From NCBI RefSeq assembly GCF_009914755.1, contig NC_060929.1: a stretch of 64,000 nucleotides of DNA. One strand, given 5' to 3'. This DNA comes from the human T2T-CHM13v2.0 reference genome, Homo sapiens. The position numbers and the translations under genes were made by a program. Shown one piece after another: positions 14,971 through 29,413 of the stretch; the stretch's first letter is position 1, and every line of letters starts with the position of its first letter. The notes below the pieces were generated by a model. That model ran no database searches. It was not told where the DNA came from and saw nothing but the letters and a program-made list of their open reading frames with translations.

Positions 14971-16024
14971 CACTTGAAAGCCCAAAGGAAAAAGAATATA
15001 TTCACAAAAGGTGAGTTAAAGTTATTGAAGTTGAAATAAGACTGGCAGAAGGGAAGGAAAGGAAGTGGAACTGAACAAGATGGACAAGATGGAGGAGGGA
15101 GCTTGAGAAAGAGATCCAGAGAAATAGATAAGACCTGAAAGAAAAGATGAACTGGGAAAGTCCCAAGTGATAAAGGGTGAGAATGGAGAAGTCATACCAA
15201 TTCAAGACAGTGGCTCATGAGTCAAAGGGGGAAACAAAATGGAAAACAGAGCTAGCACCGTCTGCAGACCACAATAGGAATATCAGCAAAGACGTATATA
15301 AATCACTGTAAAGCAAACAATGTGAAAACATAATTAGTTCCCTTCCTAAGGGTCAATATGCTAGGATAAAGTTAAGGACATTCTAGGAGCCAATTAGCAA
15401 AATGCTGCTATTAGAGGCAAGGGTGGCTGGAAGAAAACTATTGTTCTGATTGTTTCTCAAATCTAGTTTAATTGTGCTAGTAGAATGGTGCAGTGATATA
15501 TGAACTGTAGTAATGGCTCACCCACTTCCACCCTTATAGGTAAGAGGAGGTAAAAGGCAAGAAGATTGTCTTTCCATCAGAGCAATGAAAGAAGGCAGGG
15601 TGACACAATAATGCACCAATGCATGCCAAGAGATTCTATTGCAACATCAAACAACAGCAGCATCTCTACGTAGAGAAATGGGTCTCCACTGGACATTCAA
15701 ACAGGATAATTGATTGTAAATCTATGACGCACCAAAATGTAGAAAATCTTACCTATCAATGGGAACTAGAAGAATATTACAATAAGCCAGGCTGCCATTT
15801 ATTAAATGGGAACTTGCTGACAGGTATCATATTTCTATTAGTGAAGGAAAAAAAAAAAACACAACCTTCTCAGGAATTTCTATTCATATTAACTGCCTCA
15901 TCTGACTGTGCACACTTGTTTTTGGCCAGGGAATAGAAAATTTGATATCTTTTCACAGGAGGGTTTCTCTTCTTTAAGTAATCTAGAAAGCAAGATAAGA
16001 GAGAAAGAAGCATACAGAACAAGA

Positions 16025-16578
16025 GAGAAACAGAGTGAATGGCAGAGAGATTGAGAAAATAAATGCCTCCAACCAGAATCAGTTCCATCACCAAGAAAAT
16101 ATTGACAACTATTTTTTCATTAAGGAAATCATAGAAGCTTTTAAACTTCAGACTCTGTTGAATTCTGTAAAAAATCAACTCTGCACTTTCCTTGTTTATC
16201 CTTATGTGTCACTAAAAAATAAGAACTCATTCCATGAGTTGGTTAACTACCCTCAGTGTACCTGTTAATTGACTATTTAGATTAACATTATTTTAGAACA
16301 AAGAAATCTGTCTCAAGATTTTTAATATTTTTAAAGTAAATACAAAGAATTGGAATAATTTAAGACCTTCAGTGTCAGTCTTTAAAAAACGTAAAAGCAT
16401 AAGTAAAAATACTTGCGGATAGCCTCTAAAACAGTTTCTTCTTAAGAATAATAATTAATTATTAAACTTGTCTGTACCAGATTATTTATTTTGGGTTGTT
16501 TTGACTCGAATTTTGTAGCCATGTTCTCTGCTGTGATAGTCACTTTTTAAACTCTATTTTTAAATGATGTAGCTTCAA
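16025..16578 (+). repeat. Left arm of a long inverted duplication
   Basis: Reverse complement of 18189-18892; 16463-16507 is a 45-bp exact reverse complement of 18313-18357. Confidence 0.95.
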
Positions 16579-16797
16579 TTTTGTCCAAATTTCTTCTATG
16601 CAATGTAGAGGGCATTTGCAGATACCCAGTTCCCTAATGCAGCAGTCATCTTGTCTCCTGGCTTATTTGCTTATTACAAAGGAACAGATGTGATGGGAAA
16701 GGTGATGGGGTGTAAACAGTGCAATTGACTCTTTTTAAGTTTTACATTTCAACTAGAAGTTAGTATATTTGATTTTGCATTAAAATAATGGGATATA

Positions 16798-17120
<323 letters not shown>

Positions 17121-17378
17121 TTATGTCTAGAAATGCCAAGGCAACAAGTCAAATGGCTCCTCCAAACTAAGTCCTCATTTTAGAAAATCAGAGGACTTTA
17201 GAAGTCTATCTCATAGTTCAATTCCCATGTAACGGACATTGTTGACAGATGATATTCTAGACTGACAATGGGAAGCATGGCCATTTTTTTTCAAGAAATG
17301 GTTGATTCAATAACTGAAAAAGTCTTACTGCCCTAAAACACTTGCTTTTAGCAATCTTCATTTTATTCCCCTATATCC

Positions 17379-17637
17379 TTTTTTTTTAGTTTTTTTTTTT
17401 TTTTTAATCATTATACTTTAAGTTTTGGGATATATGTGCAGAATGTGCAGGTTTTTTATATAGGTATACAGGTGCCATGGTGGTTTGCTGCACCCATCAA
17501 CCTGTCATCTACATTAGGTATTTCTCCTAATGCTATCCCTCCCCTAGTCCACCACCCCTCAACAGGTCCTGGTGCGTAACATTCCCCTCCCTGTTCCATG
17601 TGTTCTCATTGTTGAACTCCCACTTATGAGTGAGAAT
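17379..17637 (-). mobile_element. 5'-truncated L1PA (about PA7-8) 3' end
   Basis: Poly(T) followed by ttatactttaagttttggg...gtttgctgcacccatcaac...cccacttatgagtgagaa. Confidence 0.9.
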
Positions 17638-17939
17638 CTGTACTTGGGAACAACCTAGTTCAGAACAACTCCTGCTTCTAAGGTCTTGACAGCCCTCAAA
17701 ATAATTCATGGCTACTTTATTTTTCTGTCTCTAGCCTTCCCTACTCTAGGATGCTTATCATTAACGTTTGTCAGCAGCACCTCATGGACACAATACACAG
17801 ACCCTCCATTACCCTGATTGTCCGTGTGCCAGACCACTTTTGGCTCACATTCAGGATGGTGGTTAAAATTCCTGAGCTGTAGAGACAGAGAGAGCTTGGC
17901 TGAAATCTCGGCTTTGCTACATTTTAGCTCCATGGCTAC

Positions 17940-19011
17940 TGAGAGGCATGTTGATCACCCCAGGCCTCCTTCACTGAACTTCCCCTTGAATTGCCAGCAT
18001 CTATATCATTTCCTCCTCAGGAGTGTCCTCAGACTTCAGAAGCCTCTTTTGCCTTTCAATACAAAGAATGGGAGGTACCTAGGAATTTACATGCCCCAGA
18101 ATGAGCCTTAACAATCACTGTGTTCAGTAAGGGACAACCTCCACAACAGAACTTCTCCGTGCTGATAGACTAAGACTACACTGAGACCTTGAAGCTACAT
18201 CATTTAAAAATAGAGTAAAAACAAACAAAAAGCCAAAAAACAAACAAAAAAACAAAAAACAAAACAAAACAAAAACCTGAATATCACAGAAAGAGAACAT
18301 GGCTACAAAATTGAGTCAAAACAACCCAAAATAAATAATCTGGTACAGACAAGTTTATTAATTATTTATTTTAAGAAAAAACTGTTTTGGAGGCTATCTG
18401 CAAATATTTTTACTTATGCTTTTATGTTTTTTTAAAGACTGACACTGAAGCTCTTAAATTATTCAAATTCTATGTATTTACTTTAAAAACATTGAAGATC
18501 TTGAGAAAGATCTTTGTTCCAAAACAGTGTTAATCTAAATTAAAGAGAAAGATCTCTTTCTCTTTAAAGATCTTTCTCTTTAAACTGTTTAAAGATCTTT
18601 CTCTTTAAACAAAGAGAAAGATCTCTTTGTTCCAAAACAGTGTTAATCTAAATAGTCAATTTACAGATGCATTGAGGGTAGTTAACCAACTCATGGGAGG
18701 AGTTCTTATTTTTTAGAGCCACTTCAGGATAGGCAACGAAAGTGCAGAGTTGATTCAACAGAGTCTGCAGTTTAAAAGCTTCTACGTTTACCTTAGTGAA
18801 ATAAATAGCTGTCAATATTTTCTTGGTGATGGACCTGATTCTGGTTGGAAACATTTATTTTCTCAATCTCTCTGCCTTTCATTCTGTTTCTCCTCCCTGC
18901 CCCACTTCTCTCATTTTCCTACTGGTTTCTCCCAGAAGCACTTTCTTAATAAAGCACTTGCATCAGAATCCTCACCTCTGTTTCTGTTTCAGGGAAACCT
19001 GGCCAAAGATG
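17940..19011 (+). mobile_element. LTR16-family (ERVL) LTR split by the right inverted-repeat arm (pieces ~17940-18188 and 18893-19011)
   Basis: The left piece ends gggacaac...ctgagacc. The right piece, cctccctgccccacttctctc...gcactttcttaataaagcacttgcatcagaatcc...gggaaacctggccaaaga, is an LTR16-type 3' end. Confidence 0.65.
18189..18892 (-). repeat. Right arm of the long inverted duplication, with an A-rich expansion (18217-18276) and an insertion (18541-18653)
   Basis: Reverse complement of 16025-16578. The ORF track shows matching translations on opposite strands (EAFKLQTLLN..KNKNS.HELVNYPQC). Confidence 0.95.
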
Positions 19012-20102
19012 AGAAATTATTATAATCTCTAAATCCCATTTTCCATAACTGTAAATGGGATCAAAATGTATCTACTTCTAGAATTAATTTAGGGAATAAA
19101 TAAGAAAAAGCACATCGCATGTCAAAGTTTCACGCCTGATGTGAATGCTTACAAAAATGTAACTATTGTTATCAGATTTGCTGGCAGAGATTGAACAGGA
19201 CATTCAAGATGCATTAAATTCAGGGCTTTTCCTTCTCAGGTTTGGGAGGCCATGTTTCCACTAAGGAAGCCCAAGAATGCTGGCTTCCCTTGAGAGGGCA
19301 CGCCACTGTGGATGACCATAGAATTCAAGCTCCCTGCAAAGGTGTTGAAGGACTTGTGCATGGCTGCCAGACACTGCTCAGCAGTCTGTGCTGCTTTCCT
19401 TTCTGTTGGCAGTGAGCCAGAAAGCCCAGCTTACAAGCAGCACTATTTTGTTGTCCTCTCTGGGGCATCAAGAGAAGAAGAATGTTTCCTACATAGAACA
19501 GAGAAAGTCAAAATCCAGAATACATATCGCAAATATTGATTTCAAAGAGTTCTTGTACAGGTTAAATGTGATATAAATCTATATGTCAAATTAGTATAGA
19601 AAAAATGAGGCTTTATGTTTTTCATGTGGTTCAGTGGACTGCATATTTGAGAGGCGTAACATCGTGCAGCCAATTATGAGATTGATATTCGAAGGTCGCA
19701 CTCACCCAGCTGCAAAGCTCAATGTGGGCTATATAAGCGGCTGAAGGGAACTGGGCAGCAATTTTAATTAATTAGCAATTTAGAGCCTCTCATGCTAAAA
19801 GCTACCTTAATGATAAAAAGAGAAATGATATGGGAAGGCAAAAGAATTTGAAACATTCAGCCTGAAACAACAGATATATTACCAACAGTGAGCTTTTAAG
19901 CAGGAACCTATCTTTTACTCAGCCATTACATGCTAGCTATTAATATTTTATGGTTATAAAAATTGTAAATCAGTGAAAATCAACTTAATATTTTGAGTTC
20001 ATGAAGAGCTTTTTGGCTTCTGAAGAAAATCATTTTCGCTGGACTCTAACATCATTTGCTCTTGAGTGAAAACAACAATCTTCTATTTATTTGTATAATA
20101 TA

Positions 20103-20610
20103 GGTCATGGCTCAGAAAACACTACCCCAAAGCATTTTTGGAGGCCTCAGAAGTAAGAAAGGCATTCTGACCTTCCCATTTTTCTGTGTGAGATCTGACC
20201 ATAAATTCTGTACCCACCTTGCCTGAAAGTAAGTCATAAGACCCTCATCCCAGACAGGTCCTGTCCTGCAGCTGGGGAGAAGGAATGCTACACAGAGAAG
20301 CCAAGGAGAATCTGAATACATAGCACTTTCTGGGTTCCCCTTTAATCTATTGCCATTAGAGCATACTCTTTTGTTCAAGCACATTTCTACATGGCTGTCC
20401 ATTCTTCATTGAATCTAAGCATAGAAATGGAAAGTTTTCCCTGGGTCTTTGAGTCTTCATTTTTGAAGGCTGCTGTGTCACATAAAATTTTGATTAAATA
20501 AATTTGTTGCGCTTTTCTATTTGTAACCTATCTGTTATGATAGAGGTGCTGGCTCTATCCCTTTCCCTTATGATAGGTGTGGAAGGATATCACAGCTCTC
20601 TGCCCCTACA
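20103..20610 (+). mobile_element. MER39-like (MER4-group ERV1) solo LTR
   Basis: ggctcagaaaacactaccccaaa ... gaaggaatgctacacagagaagccaagg ... attaaataaatttgt ... cccctaca. Confidence 0.75.
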
Positions 20611-20944
20611 TATAGCTAAATCATCATAGTGCTTTATGATTTATAAAGTCTTTTTATACATTATGGTCTCATTTAATCTTCAAATCAAAGATAAAAAAGA
20701 GAAAAATTATTACTACCCTCAATATATGTTAGAGATAAAATAAGGTTTTCAGTCCATCCAGGATCACAAAGTAAGTGGTGATGCTGTACTACTGACAGAT
20801 CCTTTAATTCCAAATTGCATTGTTACCTCACTTCACATCAAATACATATGTGATATAAAACTCTTGTTGATTTTTATACAAGAGAGTCTGCTTCATAAGT
20901 TAAAATGATCAAAATATGGAGCAAGGGAAATCAACTTGTTTCTT

Positions 20945-21075
20945 TTCTCTTATTTATTTATTTTTAGGTTCAAGCAGTACGTGTACAGGTCTGTTATATG
21001 AGTATATTGTGTAATGCTGACATTTGGGCTTTTAGTGAACCCATCACACAAATAGTGAATACAGTACCCAATAGC
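20945..21075 (-). mobile_element. Short old L1PA (PA13-16-like) 3' end with TSD
   Basis: T-rich tail, gtacgtgtacaggtctgttatatg...gtacccaatag; TSD tcaacttgtttctt at 20931-20944 and 21084-21097. Confidence 0.8.
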
Positions 21076-21489
21076 AATGGGACTCAACTTGTTTCTTAAT
21101 CTCAGCCAGTTCAATTCTTACTAAGTGGTAAATATAGTTAATCATCTTCCCTTAAACACTGATTTAAGAGAAATCCCCACCTCTACCTTACTTCCCATTA
21201 GACAATAAGGGCTGGAGACATGTCAGTAACATACTCATGGTTTTGATACACAAAGCCTAATTTTTCTTTGGAAATATGTTTCTTACATGAATGAATGAAT
21301 ATGCTCAGGAATGCTCTAGTTACAAGAGAGTTATCATCCATGAACAATGCTCAGAAAGATCTTACAATATTGATGAATTTAGAAAATATATACATGGAAA
21401 TAGCAAGTAAGTGCAAAATCAAATAATACTAGCGATGAGTTTATCAGGATTTCATTCAACAGAGAAATGCCCTGCTAGAGAAGAGTGCA

Positions 21490-21925
21490 TGGAAGCTGTA
21501 GGTTATGCTCTCAGTCCTTCATCCACCTATCCTGGTATCGCTTTACCAGTTTTGCTCTCACAGGCTCCCTGTGCTTCCATTCCCAACAGCTAGCACTCAT
21601 GTGTCTTTGGCAGAGAGAAGCTGGAAATGCATGTGAATGTATGTCCCTCCCGACTAGGCACAGCCCTTAATCAATGCCTAGTAATACCTGGGCTTCTGTC
21701 CCTGAATGAGGCAGATCGAATGTAACCAACCTGTCTCCAAAGCTCCCCTTTGAGACTGAGCCAAAGTGACCCTTCCTGGGACCTCACTCCATCTCATACC
21801 CTTACTTGGCCTCCTTCTCACCCAGGCCCCACTTCCCTCCTCCCTTATTTTTTTCTTGACCCTTCCTAAAAAAACACTTTCACAAAAATCCTCTTTTTAG
21901 GTATATTTTGGGGGAACCCAATCTA
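21490..21925 (+). mobile_element. LTR16-family LTR
   Basis: cagcccttaatcaatg, ctccaaagctcccc, and the end cactttcacaaaaatcctc...ggggaacccaatctaa. Confidence 0.6.
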
Positions 21926-22133
21926 AAAAAAAGAAGATTGAAACTGAGCTTCAAATTTGAGTGTTGCGCCAAAAATTTCATTCCAGGAAGTGGGAAGGTA
22001 ATGAGCAAAGGCATGGATCTGTGGAGGTTTTGTATTGTTAATGTAGGTGTTAGGAATTGTAGGTGTTGTTAAGGAAAAGCCTTCCTGACAACTAACATGG
22101 GTGTTGTAGAGACAGGATTATAAGCTTGGGTAA

Positions 22134-22567
22134 TGATATGGTTTGGCTGTGTCCCCACCCAAAATCTCATCTTGAATTATAATCTCCATAAGCCCCATAA
22201 TCCCCATGTGTCAAAAGAGAGGCCAGGTAGAGGTAATTGAATCATGGGGGCAGTTTCCCCCATGCTGTTCTTGTGATAGTGAGTTTTCACGAGATCTGAC
22301 AGTTTTATAAGTGCTTGATCTGATGGTTTTGTAAGTATTTCATGAGATCTGATGGTTTTATAAGTGTTTTGTAAGTCCTGCATTCATTTCTCCTTCCTGC
22401 CCCCTTGTGAAGAAGGTGTCTTGCTTCCCCTTCACCTTCCGTCATGATTGTAAGTTTCCTGAGGCCTCCCCAGCCAGGCTAAACTATGAGTCAATTAAAC
22501 TTCTTTCCTTTATGAATTACCCAGTCTTGGGCAGTTCTTTATAGCAGTGTGAAAACGAACTAATAAT
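22134..22567 (+). mobile_element. THE1 (THE1D-like) solo LTR
   Basis: tgatatggtttggctgtgtccccacccaaa ... ttctttatagcagtgtgaaaacgaactaata. Confidence 0.92.
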
Positions 22568-22839
22568 GGTAGGTAGGACAATAGGGCAGAATCATATCAG
22601 GTAGGGCATGAAAAAAAAAGAGATTTGAACTTAATGTGATAAAGAGTGTGAAATCATGTTGAATTTCCTAGTGGGAAAAGAACGTGAGAAAAGCAGGCAA
22701 ATCTCAAAACATAGCTACGAAACTCCAGTCTCTGTAGATGCTATGTGGAAAAAAAGTTCTATGGTCAAATAAAGTTTGAAAACAGTTTTCATCCTACCTG
22801 TAGCCCATGGATGATTATCAAATGACCATATACCTATGA

Positions 22840-23193
<354 letters not shown>

Positions 23194-23899
23194 TTCTAGT
23201 TTCTAATCTTGTACTCAGGAGTGTACTCCGTGTAGTGTAGTGCTAGTTAATGTGTGATCCACCTGCTGGTAAAGAATTCTGTTTTGCTTTAGAAAGCCTA
23301 GCATTGACTAACACATTTGGTCACAGTACATATTGGGAAAGTCATTCTTATTAATATAGTATAGAACTAGTTATTCTGTAAACATACTTTGGGAAATGTT
23401 GTTTTAGGAAGCTCCATGAAAGAGGGAGAGACTGGATGGAGGCCAAGCACTTTGTTAGGAGGAGACCAGGCTGGTGGCGAGAGAAATGTAAAGAAAATAA
23501 GCATCAGAGACCATCTGCAAAAGCCTTTGGGTATCACGAAAACCTGAATTTTCTAGCCCCACCATAGTGGTATGAGTGACATAAATGGGACTGTTTAGTG
23601 GTGCAAATTTCCTCAGACTCCAGTGGCTGCTATCTAATGGAAATAGGAGACTGGAAAGCATATTGGAAAACTGAAAAATTAAAAAATATTAAAAATTGAA
23701 TGATTCCACCCAAATGGTTATATTATCTAGCATCATTTTAGTAGCACTAAAAGGTAGTTTTATTACATTCAAACATTAAAAGCCGACAAAATAATTTTTT
23801 TAAAAAAGAAGCTTGTCTGTAGTTTCAGTCTTAAGCTCAAATAACATAAGGGTAAGAGGTTTTGGTATCATTTTCTGGGTAGGCTGAGCAAAGGTTTTT

Positions 23900-24067
23900 T
23901 TCAAATAAATTTTTAGAAAATTGTAATGGCCATATGAAACACCCAGAGATCTTGCGAAAATGCGGATTTTAATCTAGAAGGTCTGGACGGAGTCTGAGAT
24001 CTTGCATTTCTCACAAGCTCCCCGGTGATGCAAGGTTGCTGGTCTAATTACTACATTTTGAGCAGCA
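23900..24067. mobile_element. MER5-type MITE
   Basis: aggtctggacggagtctgagatcttgcatttctcacaagctccccggtgatgc...tttgagcagca. Confidence 0.7.
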
Positions 24068-27000
24068 AGGGGCTCGAAGATAAGGTCCACCTGACTACAA
24101 AATGCAGAGACTCAAAATTAGAATTTCGATAGAAATTATTTTTCCTCTGTCAAGCATTTATTGTATTATTTCTCATGCATATTTGTTTGTTTATTTTGTT
24201 AGTTTTTTTATAATATTCAGTGTCAGCTGAGCAGTTAAGAAGTGATAGGGAGAAATGTGTGTGGGTAAGGGAATTTAAATGAGGTGTAAGACCTGTGGGA
24301 GGCTCTAGGGAAGACGAAGGGTCTACTTTCAGAGTTCGGCACCAGTGGGAGGTTCCCATGGCTAATTTACAAGCTTTACAGGGGAAAGGGAACATTTTAT
24401 CAAGATATATTTTTAACTTCTTTTTTCATTCTATGTTCTTCATTTAACTGTTAATTTTATACATGCTGTGGGCTGAGAAATATGAATAAGGTTTCCCTTT
24501 AATAGCAATGTTACCTAAAACCAGCTATACCAGTTTTTAACAGAATCTTCTTTCTCTATCATATTTTGTTATTTCAATAAACTTCATTCTTTAAGGAAGT
24601 TTTCCAGTAGTATTTTCTTCATTTTCATGTGCTAGTACCTTCTTAATTCTAAAAGTATAAGAAATAAGATAAAGAGAGAGTATTCTTGCAATTATTTATA
24701 TTCAGAACACCATGGTAAAAAGAAATAGGCATTTTCATTGGTTTTTAGTTATATATTTGTTACTTTCTGGAAACAAAAGGAAGGAAATTTAAATAATAAA
24801 CCTTTGAGATCTTGGTGGTTCCTGAAATAGCAATGATGAAAACATAAGCTCTACCCTTTTGTTTTTCTTATGATGGTCCTAACATCTAGATCTGTCCATT
24901 TTAACCCAGAAGTCCACCTTAAAATTAATAAGGGAGTAATAAAATTAATTGTGCATTTAAAAAGTCTCATGTCACTACAGGATGTTATACATAAAACAAG
25001 TTCTCATTTTACTTTAAAATATGACTATACTTTTATTATATATGCAATGTATTTTTCAGAAGATTTATAGGTAAACTTTCCATGATATTATTAGCCAGCC
25101 ATGGCTTCCTCTATGGATTAAAGAATTAAAATGTTAATGGGAAATTCATGACTCAGGACTGAGAAAACTTCCTTTTTCCTCTGAATGACTGAGTATACAT
25201 ATATATTTGGCTCTTTTCAATATCATGACCCAGAAAATTCATTAGATTTGCATTAACAAAGTGAGCCATGTATGTTAACCTTCTCAGTCTAGAAAAAAAG
25301 GTAAGAAAATTAACAACTCTTGAGTATTTCCAACGTCCAGGGAATATTCAAGGCACTTTTACTAAGTCGTCTCATAAAACAGCCAGAGTCTCAGTCTCCA
25401 CATTAAAGGATTATAGAGTATCTCTAAAGAGTCAGAGTAAAAAGAGTCAGAGTAAAACCACTGTAAAACATTCTCGTTCAAAGAATACAGTTTATTGTGA
25501 CAAGTAATTACTGTGTTCCTTACAAGTGAATTGACAACTGGCCAGGGAGTCAAGACGCTGAAAAGGAAGTCCACACAGGATAAGGCCTCACCAGCTCCCC
25601 ATTCCTAAGACTTGATCATTGCCAATGGATCTGAGAACTCTGAGTTGACTGAGGCCTCCATTTCCCTCCAAGAGAATATTGTATTTTATGTTTACATTTC
25701 TTATATCTAAAGGCAAATGAAGGAGACACAGATCCCTGCCTTAGTTAGAATGCATCTTTAATACTTGACTTAGGTTTGCAAGTCTTTGCTCATAAACACT
25801 TCATATTGAAGCAGCTCAGTCTTTAATTGTAAAAAGGAATTAATAACTATAGGAAAATTTTAAAGGTGAGAACTTCATCTAAGGTGGAAAAATTACCCAA
25901 CTACTGTGAAAATAAATGAAAAATTGAGAATGAGAGTAATTTAGCAAAAATAACAGTAAGAAGAAGCAAATAAAAGCATGAGAATATTAATATTGTATCA
26001 GGAATTCTGAAAGTCAAAAATCTTATGGACAATGAATCAGTTTACAATCGGTTTATAAATATTACTGTTACTTCCCTTTGGGAATTACTACTGTAATTCA
26101 CAAAAACAAAAACAAAAACAAACAAAAAAAAACACAGGAAAAAAGCTTTTGTTTGGGAAAACCAAAAGTGAACTTGTGCTTATTTTCCTAATTGCTGTTG
26201 ACTTTTCCCAGCAGAATCCCATCAGATTGCTGCACTTCAGTCTTGAGCACTCATAGTCTTGTTTTGTGTGCTTTACCGGCAAATGTACACGAAAATCCTT
26301 ATCGTTTTAGATGCTGCTATAATACATACATGCCAAGATGAGTATAATAATGGATTTTTTGGTACAGCTTCAGATAGAGTAGGAAAAAATATTTGTAACT
26401 TTTTTCCATTTATGAGTAAATTTTAGCATTTTGAATTCTCTCCTAATCTGTAAATTATTCTTATTCTGTATAAATGTTACCTTATCCATCTACTACATTG
26501 CTCTTTTTGTCTCACTTTGATTGCTGAAGTTACCTCTAAATTATTTTATATACAAGTCTTCAAATCAAAGTCAAAATTTTTTCCTGAAAGACAATATTTG
26601 CCACCAATCCCAGAAAATACATTACTATTTTCAGTGTATACATCAGTAAAAAGCGAACAATGGCCAAATTATTAAATATGATTAGGGATAAAGACTAAAT
26701 TAATAATACACCTAAGTGTCACCAGTGTCCCAAAGTGGATACTGGGAAGCACCTATAATTTCATTTAATTCTCATTATAATACCATGAGGTAGATTCTAT
26801 TGTTATTATTTCATGTTCCCAATGAAAACCTCTTATTTTTACTTTACTTTTAAGAAAACTACTTTTTTCCAAAAAATCATATACCCCTTTTATGTAAAAG
26901 AAATCAAGTAATCCATAAAAGAGCAAAGAAGAAAGTAAACTATCTCCAAAATACCACCACCCGAAAACAAAAGTTATTAATGTTTGCTGAAAAATATTCC

Positions 27001-28594
27001 AGATCTGTCTCTTTGCATGTATACAAATAAAGGTAATTGCTGTATAGTACAGCAACATAGACAAGTAGATAATAGATAAGGATAGATTGATGAATAGATA
27101 ATATTAGTGAATACACAGAGAGAAGAGAAATAACGGATGGATGGAAATCCAGCTAATAGTTAGAAAAATAATGTATTTTCCTTTCTTATTTTCCACGTAC
27201 CTAGTCAGCCAAAGGCATCTATGTATGATAGAGGTGGTGAGGTCAGGAAACCTGAAAAAAATGCAAAGAAAAAAAAGAGTTAACTTTCAGCATCTAATAT
27301 TCAAAACAGAATTTTAAGACGCTGTTAGGTTTGAAGATCATACATCGTGAAAGGGAGGGAAAGTAGTATTTTCTTTTATTTTCTTTTTAGTATATCAAGA
27401 GCCTGGCCAGAGTTTTCCAAATGTAATTTCCGTACAGGAAAAAGTCCTAGGTAATCTCCACCTTGGCACTTGCATGCCCAATTTTCAGTCCCCACCTTAC
27501 AGATGGGTAAAGATGCAAGTTTGTAATCAGAATTACCTTGCATATACAGAGGGGTTTTTTTTCTTAGAAATTGCTATTATCATTATGATATATATCTTTA
27601 TATTTTTACACAGCCACATTATCTTTTAAAGTTTTTGTGTTTATATTATGTCTCTTTAGTGGAAGACAGGTAATTTTCACTCTTCTTACTAAGGTATCAA
27701 AGTACACAATGCTAATGGTAATTTGAATAATAATGCTGATTGCTTGATTAGTACTGATTTGGGTTACTACAAAACTTTTAACTTTTCAAAACTTTTATGA
27801 ATACTTTTTCAAAGAAGATTTTACTACAAATATCACAGATTTTTTAGAAATTAAGTTGCCATTTTATATAGAAAAGAAAATTGCATCACAAAGAATGGCA
27901 GTGACTTTCCTCTGATCATACAGCTGGCAGCTGATTAGTAGCTGAGAACAAATTAGGTTGGTTCCCCTAATCCCCAGCCCTGTTCTGCTTTCATTAAACA
28001 TTGCTTTGAAGTTTTTTCTAGACAAGATTCTTTACTTTGGGATCAAGGTAAACAGCATCACTTTAACAACAACTGCATGGCAAGAACATCTTTCAGAGCT
28101 AGGCTATTCCTTCTGATTGTCTAGGTAAGCTCATTAATAACCATGCAGAATGAACGGATATGACCTGCATTTCCAAACTAGGGCTTGATCCACATGCAAC
28201 TACTTCTTTCTCATGATTTATTTCGCTGCTAAACCTTGCTTATTCAGTAAGTTGCTTCTGTCTAGGCCTCCACACTGATGCACTGATGTGACCTGTAATA
28301 TAAGTACATTTTCTGGTTACCATAGCTTTGGGATAATCTGTCTCTGCCAAATTGTTCATTGCTTAGGCACTTATTCCATCATAATTGTGTCCAGTCTGAT
28401 AACAAATATTGAACATCAAAGAAAATAAATGTATTTTATATTTTTAAATGAGTAAGAGAGTCCTTTTTAAAACATTCCTTCTGAGCCAAGAACTAAAAAT
28501 GCGAAACAGTAATTGGGCACTGAAAAAAATAGTTTAGGGCTCCACAAGCCCTTATTTCACCAGATACTGAATCATTTCTTAGTCCATTCACAGT

Positions 28595-29413
<819 letters not shown>

